This document shows positions 63,874 to 64,000 of a stretch of 64,000 nucleotides of DNA, one piece after another. Each line of letters starts with the position of its first letter. Position 1 is the stretch's first letter. The stretch is from Nanobdellati archaeon. GTDB taxonomy: Archaea; EX4484-52; GLR71. A model generated the notes under the pieces. It was not told the origin of the DNA. It saw nothing but the letters and a program-made list of their open reading frames with translations, and did no database searches. The position numbers and the translations under genes are program-made. The stretch is taken from contig JAHYJO010000001.1 in NCBI GenBank assembly GCA_019429125.1, positions 90,065 through 154,064 of the forward strand. Reading direction: 5' to 3'.

Positions 63874-64000
63874 GTATTTGTTTAGCAAAAACATAGATTC
63901 TTTATCAGCATCTGTTTAAGTTCTGCTTTTAAATCCAAATCATTTAGTTGCCATGTTGCCATCAATGATGCCATTATCTCATAATTTTCTTTTCCTGATT
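63874..64000 (-). mobile_element. End of an IS66-like element: transposase C-terminus and terminal repeat (partial)
   Basis: Minus frame SGKENYEIMASLMATWQLNDLDLKAELKQMLIKNLCFC* (stop 63882-63884) overlapping a GTATTTGTTTAGC terminus. Confidence 0.6.

Noticed and set aside
63697-63894. 65-aa ORF with STPN/SITN repeats
   Set aside because: Translation of the 12-bp promoter repeats and the IS end; no RBS.

Overview
AT-rich archaeal chromosome segment, most consistent with a DPANN lineage. Support for this: GGTGA-type ribosome binding sites, TATA promoters, thermosome, Hel308, deoxyhypusine synthase, an S-layer protein, intron-containing tRNAs and archaeal pilins. Housekeeping genes include truD, truA, pth2, rqcH, dys, hel308, glmS-glmM-glmU and a thermosome subunit. 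There is a type IV pilus locus (43.2-54.7 kb), two very large surface proteins (1365 and 2645 aa), and three tRNAs: Val-UAC, Leu-CAA with a D-loop intron, and Ile-UAU with a canonical intron. Features not explained by the ORF track: (1) a ~58-bp repeat, in two identical and two degenerate copies, that brackets an MNT-HEPN toxin-antitoxin pair and truncated accessory genes like a cassette array; (2) three copies of a 168-169 bp IS1595-type MITE, one of which truncates a gene; (3) operator-like arrays upstream of several envelope genes; (4) an HTH regulator carrying an S-layer-like domain, divergent from glmSMU; (5) a decayed three-gene module with a caspase-like protein; (6) a hairpin-rich 134-bp intergenic element; (7) the end of an IS66-like element at the right edge. 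All protein assignments come from motif recognition by eye; no database searches were run.
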